From Sphyrna mokarran (lineage: Eukaryota): a DNA stretch of 64,000 nucleotides. Positions 63,040-64,000 of the stretch are shown piece by piece; within the stretch, counting starts at the first letter, position 1, and every line of letters starts with the position of its first letter. The notes under the pieces are model-generated. The model did not search any database and was not told the DNA's origin. It saw only the letters and a program-made list of their open reading frames with translations. The position numbers were made by a program, and so were the translations under genes. The stretch lies in assembly GCA_024679065.1 (NCBI GenBank), contig JAGIQG010000040.1, positions 5,642,001-5,706,000 of the forward strand, in the 5' to 3' direction.

Positions 63040-63812
63040 AGATTTAACAGGCTGATTTCTGGGATGGCAGGTTTGTCATATGAAGAGCGACTAAATCGGT
63101 TAGGGTTGTATTCACTGGAATTTCGAAGTCTGAGAGAGGATATCATAGAGACTATCAAAATCCTAAGAGGGTTAAGCAGTGTAGATTCAGAAAGAATGTT
63201 CCGAGTGATGAAGGAGTCCAGAAATCGACATGATAGCAAAGTGGTTAGCACGGTTTGTGTGGAGTTTGCACATTCTCCTCGTCAGTGTGGATTTCCTCCG
63301 GGTGCTCCGGTTTCCTCCTACAATCCAAAGATGTGTGGGTTATGTTGATTGGCCATACTAAAAACGTTGCGCTTAATGTCCTAAAATGTGTTGGTTAGAG
63401 GGATTAGTGGGCAAATATTAGGGATATTGGGGTAGGGCCTGGGTGGGATTGTAGTCGATGCAGACTCGATGGGCCGAAAAGCCTTTTTGTGTACTGTAGG
63501 GTTTCTATGATTCTAACTAGGGATCATAGTTGGAGAAAAAATGGGGTAAGCCTATTAGAACTGAGGTAGGAAGAAATTTCTTCAGCTAAAGGGTGGTGAA
63601 TGTGTAGAATTCACTAACACTGAATGTATTTGAGGCCAAAACGTTTTCTGATTTCAAGAAGAAATTAGATATAGCTTTTGGGACTGAAGGGATCAAAGTA
63701 TATGAGAGGAAACGTGAATCAGGATATTAAATTTGATGATCAACCATATTCAAAATGAATGGCGGAGCAGGCTCCAAGGGCTGAATGGCGCATTCCTGCT
63801 TCTCTGTTTATG
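63040..63812 (+). mobile_element. CR1 3' fragment interrupted by a SINE (about 63230-63514)
   Basis: [24 protein letters not shown]..; SINE central domain ggagtttgcacattctc..ggtttcctcc; CR1 resumes at actagggatcatag. Confidence 0.85.
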
Positions 63813-64000
63813 TAATCCTCCTGGAATATTATTAGTGTCTATGAGATCTCCTCTCACTCTTTTGAACTTTAATATATATAATTCTAACTGATTTATTCTC
63901 TATTGAAAAGACAAAACTAACATCCCGAGAAACAGCCTGGTAAAATTTCTCTGCAATCCTTCTGTAGCAAGGACATCGGATGAGGATGTCAAACCTACAT

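Noticed and set aside
1-64000. Prokaryotic systems (CRISPR, retrons, DGRs) or an immunoglobulin cluster / NAR-TCR cassette
   Set aside because: The sequence is vertebrate with spliceosomal introns; all RT motifs belong to non-LTR or Penelope retroelements; no D, J or C exons and no leaderless supporting V were found.

Overview
Eukaryotic, repeat-rich vertebrate DNA, most likely from a cartilaginous fish (inferred from the CR1/HE1-type SINE/Penelope repeats and the style of the V segments). The window is part of a T-cell receptor alpha/delta-type V-segment array. It holds 7 apparently intact V genes and at least 5 V pseudogenes in both orientations. Every intact V has a 3' RSS with a 23-bp spacer (one has 22 bp), and no D, J or C segments were seen. 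Two V genes have the leader fused to the V exon with no intron. Three copies of a two-exon rhodopsin-class orphan GPCR (GPR139/GPR142-like) sit between the V segments: one intact and two frameshifted, made by one inverted and one direct segmental duplication. A small tRNA cluster (Ile-TAT with intron, Asn-GTT, Glu-CTC, Lys-CTT, plus decayed copies) is also interleaved. The rest is CR1, Rex1-like, RTE and other LINE fragments, Penelope elements with hammerhead-like pLTR motifs, SINEs and one solo LTR. It includes a three-level CR1 nest inside the GPCR intron. Family assignments come from motif recognition only; no database search was run.
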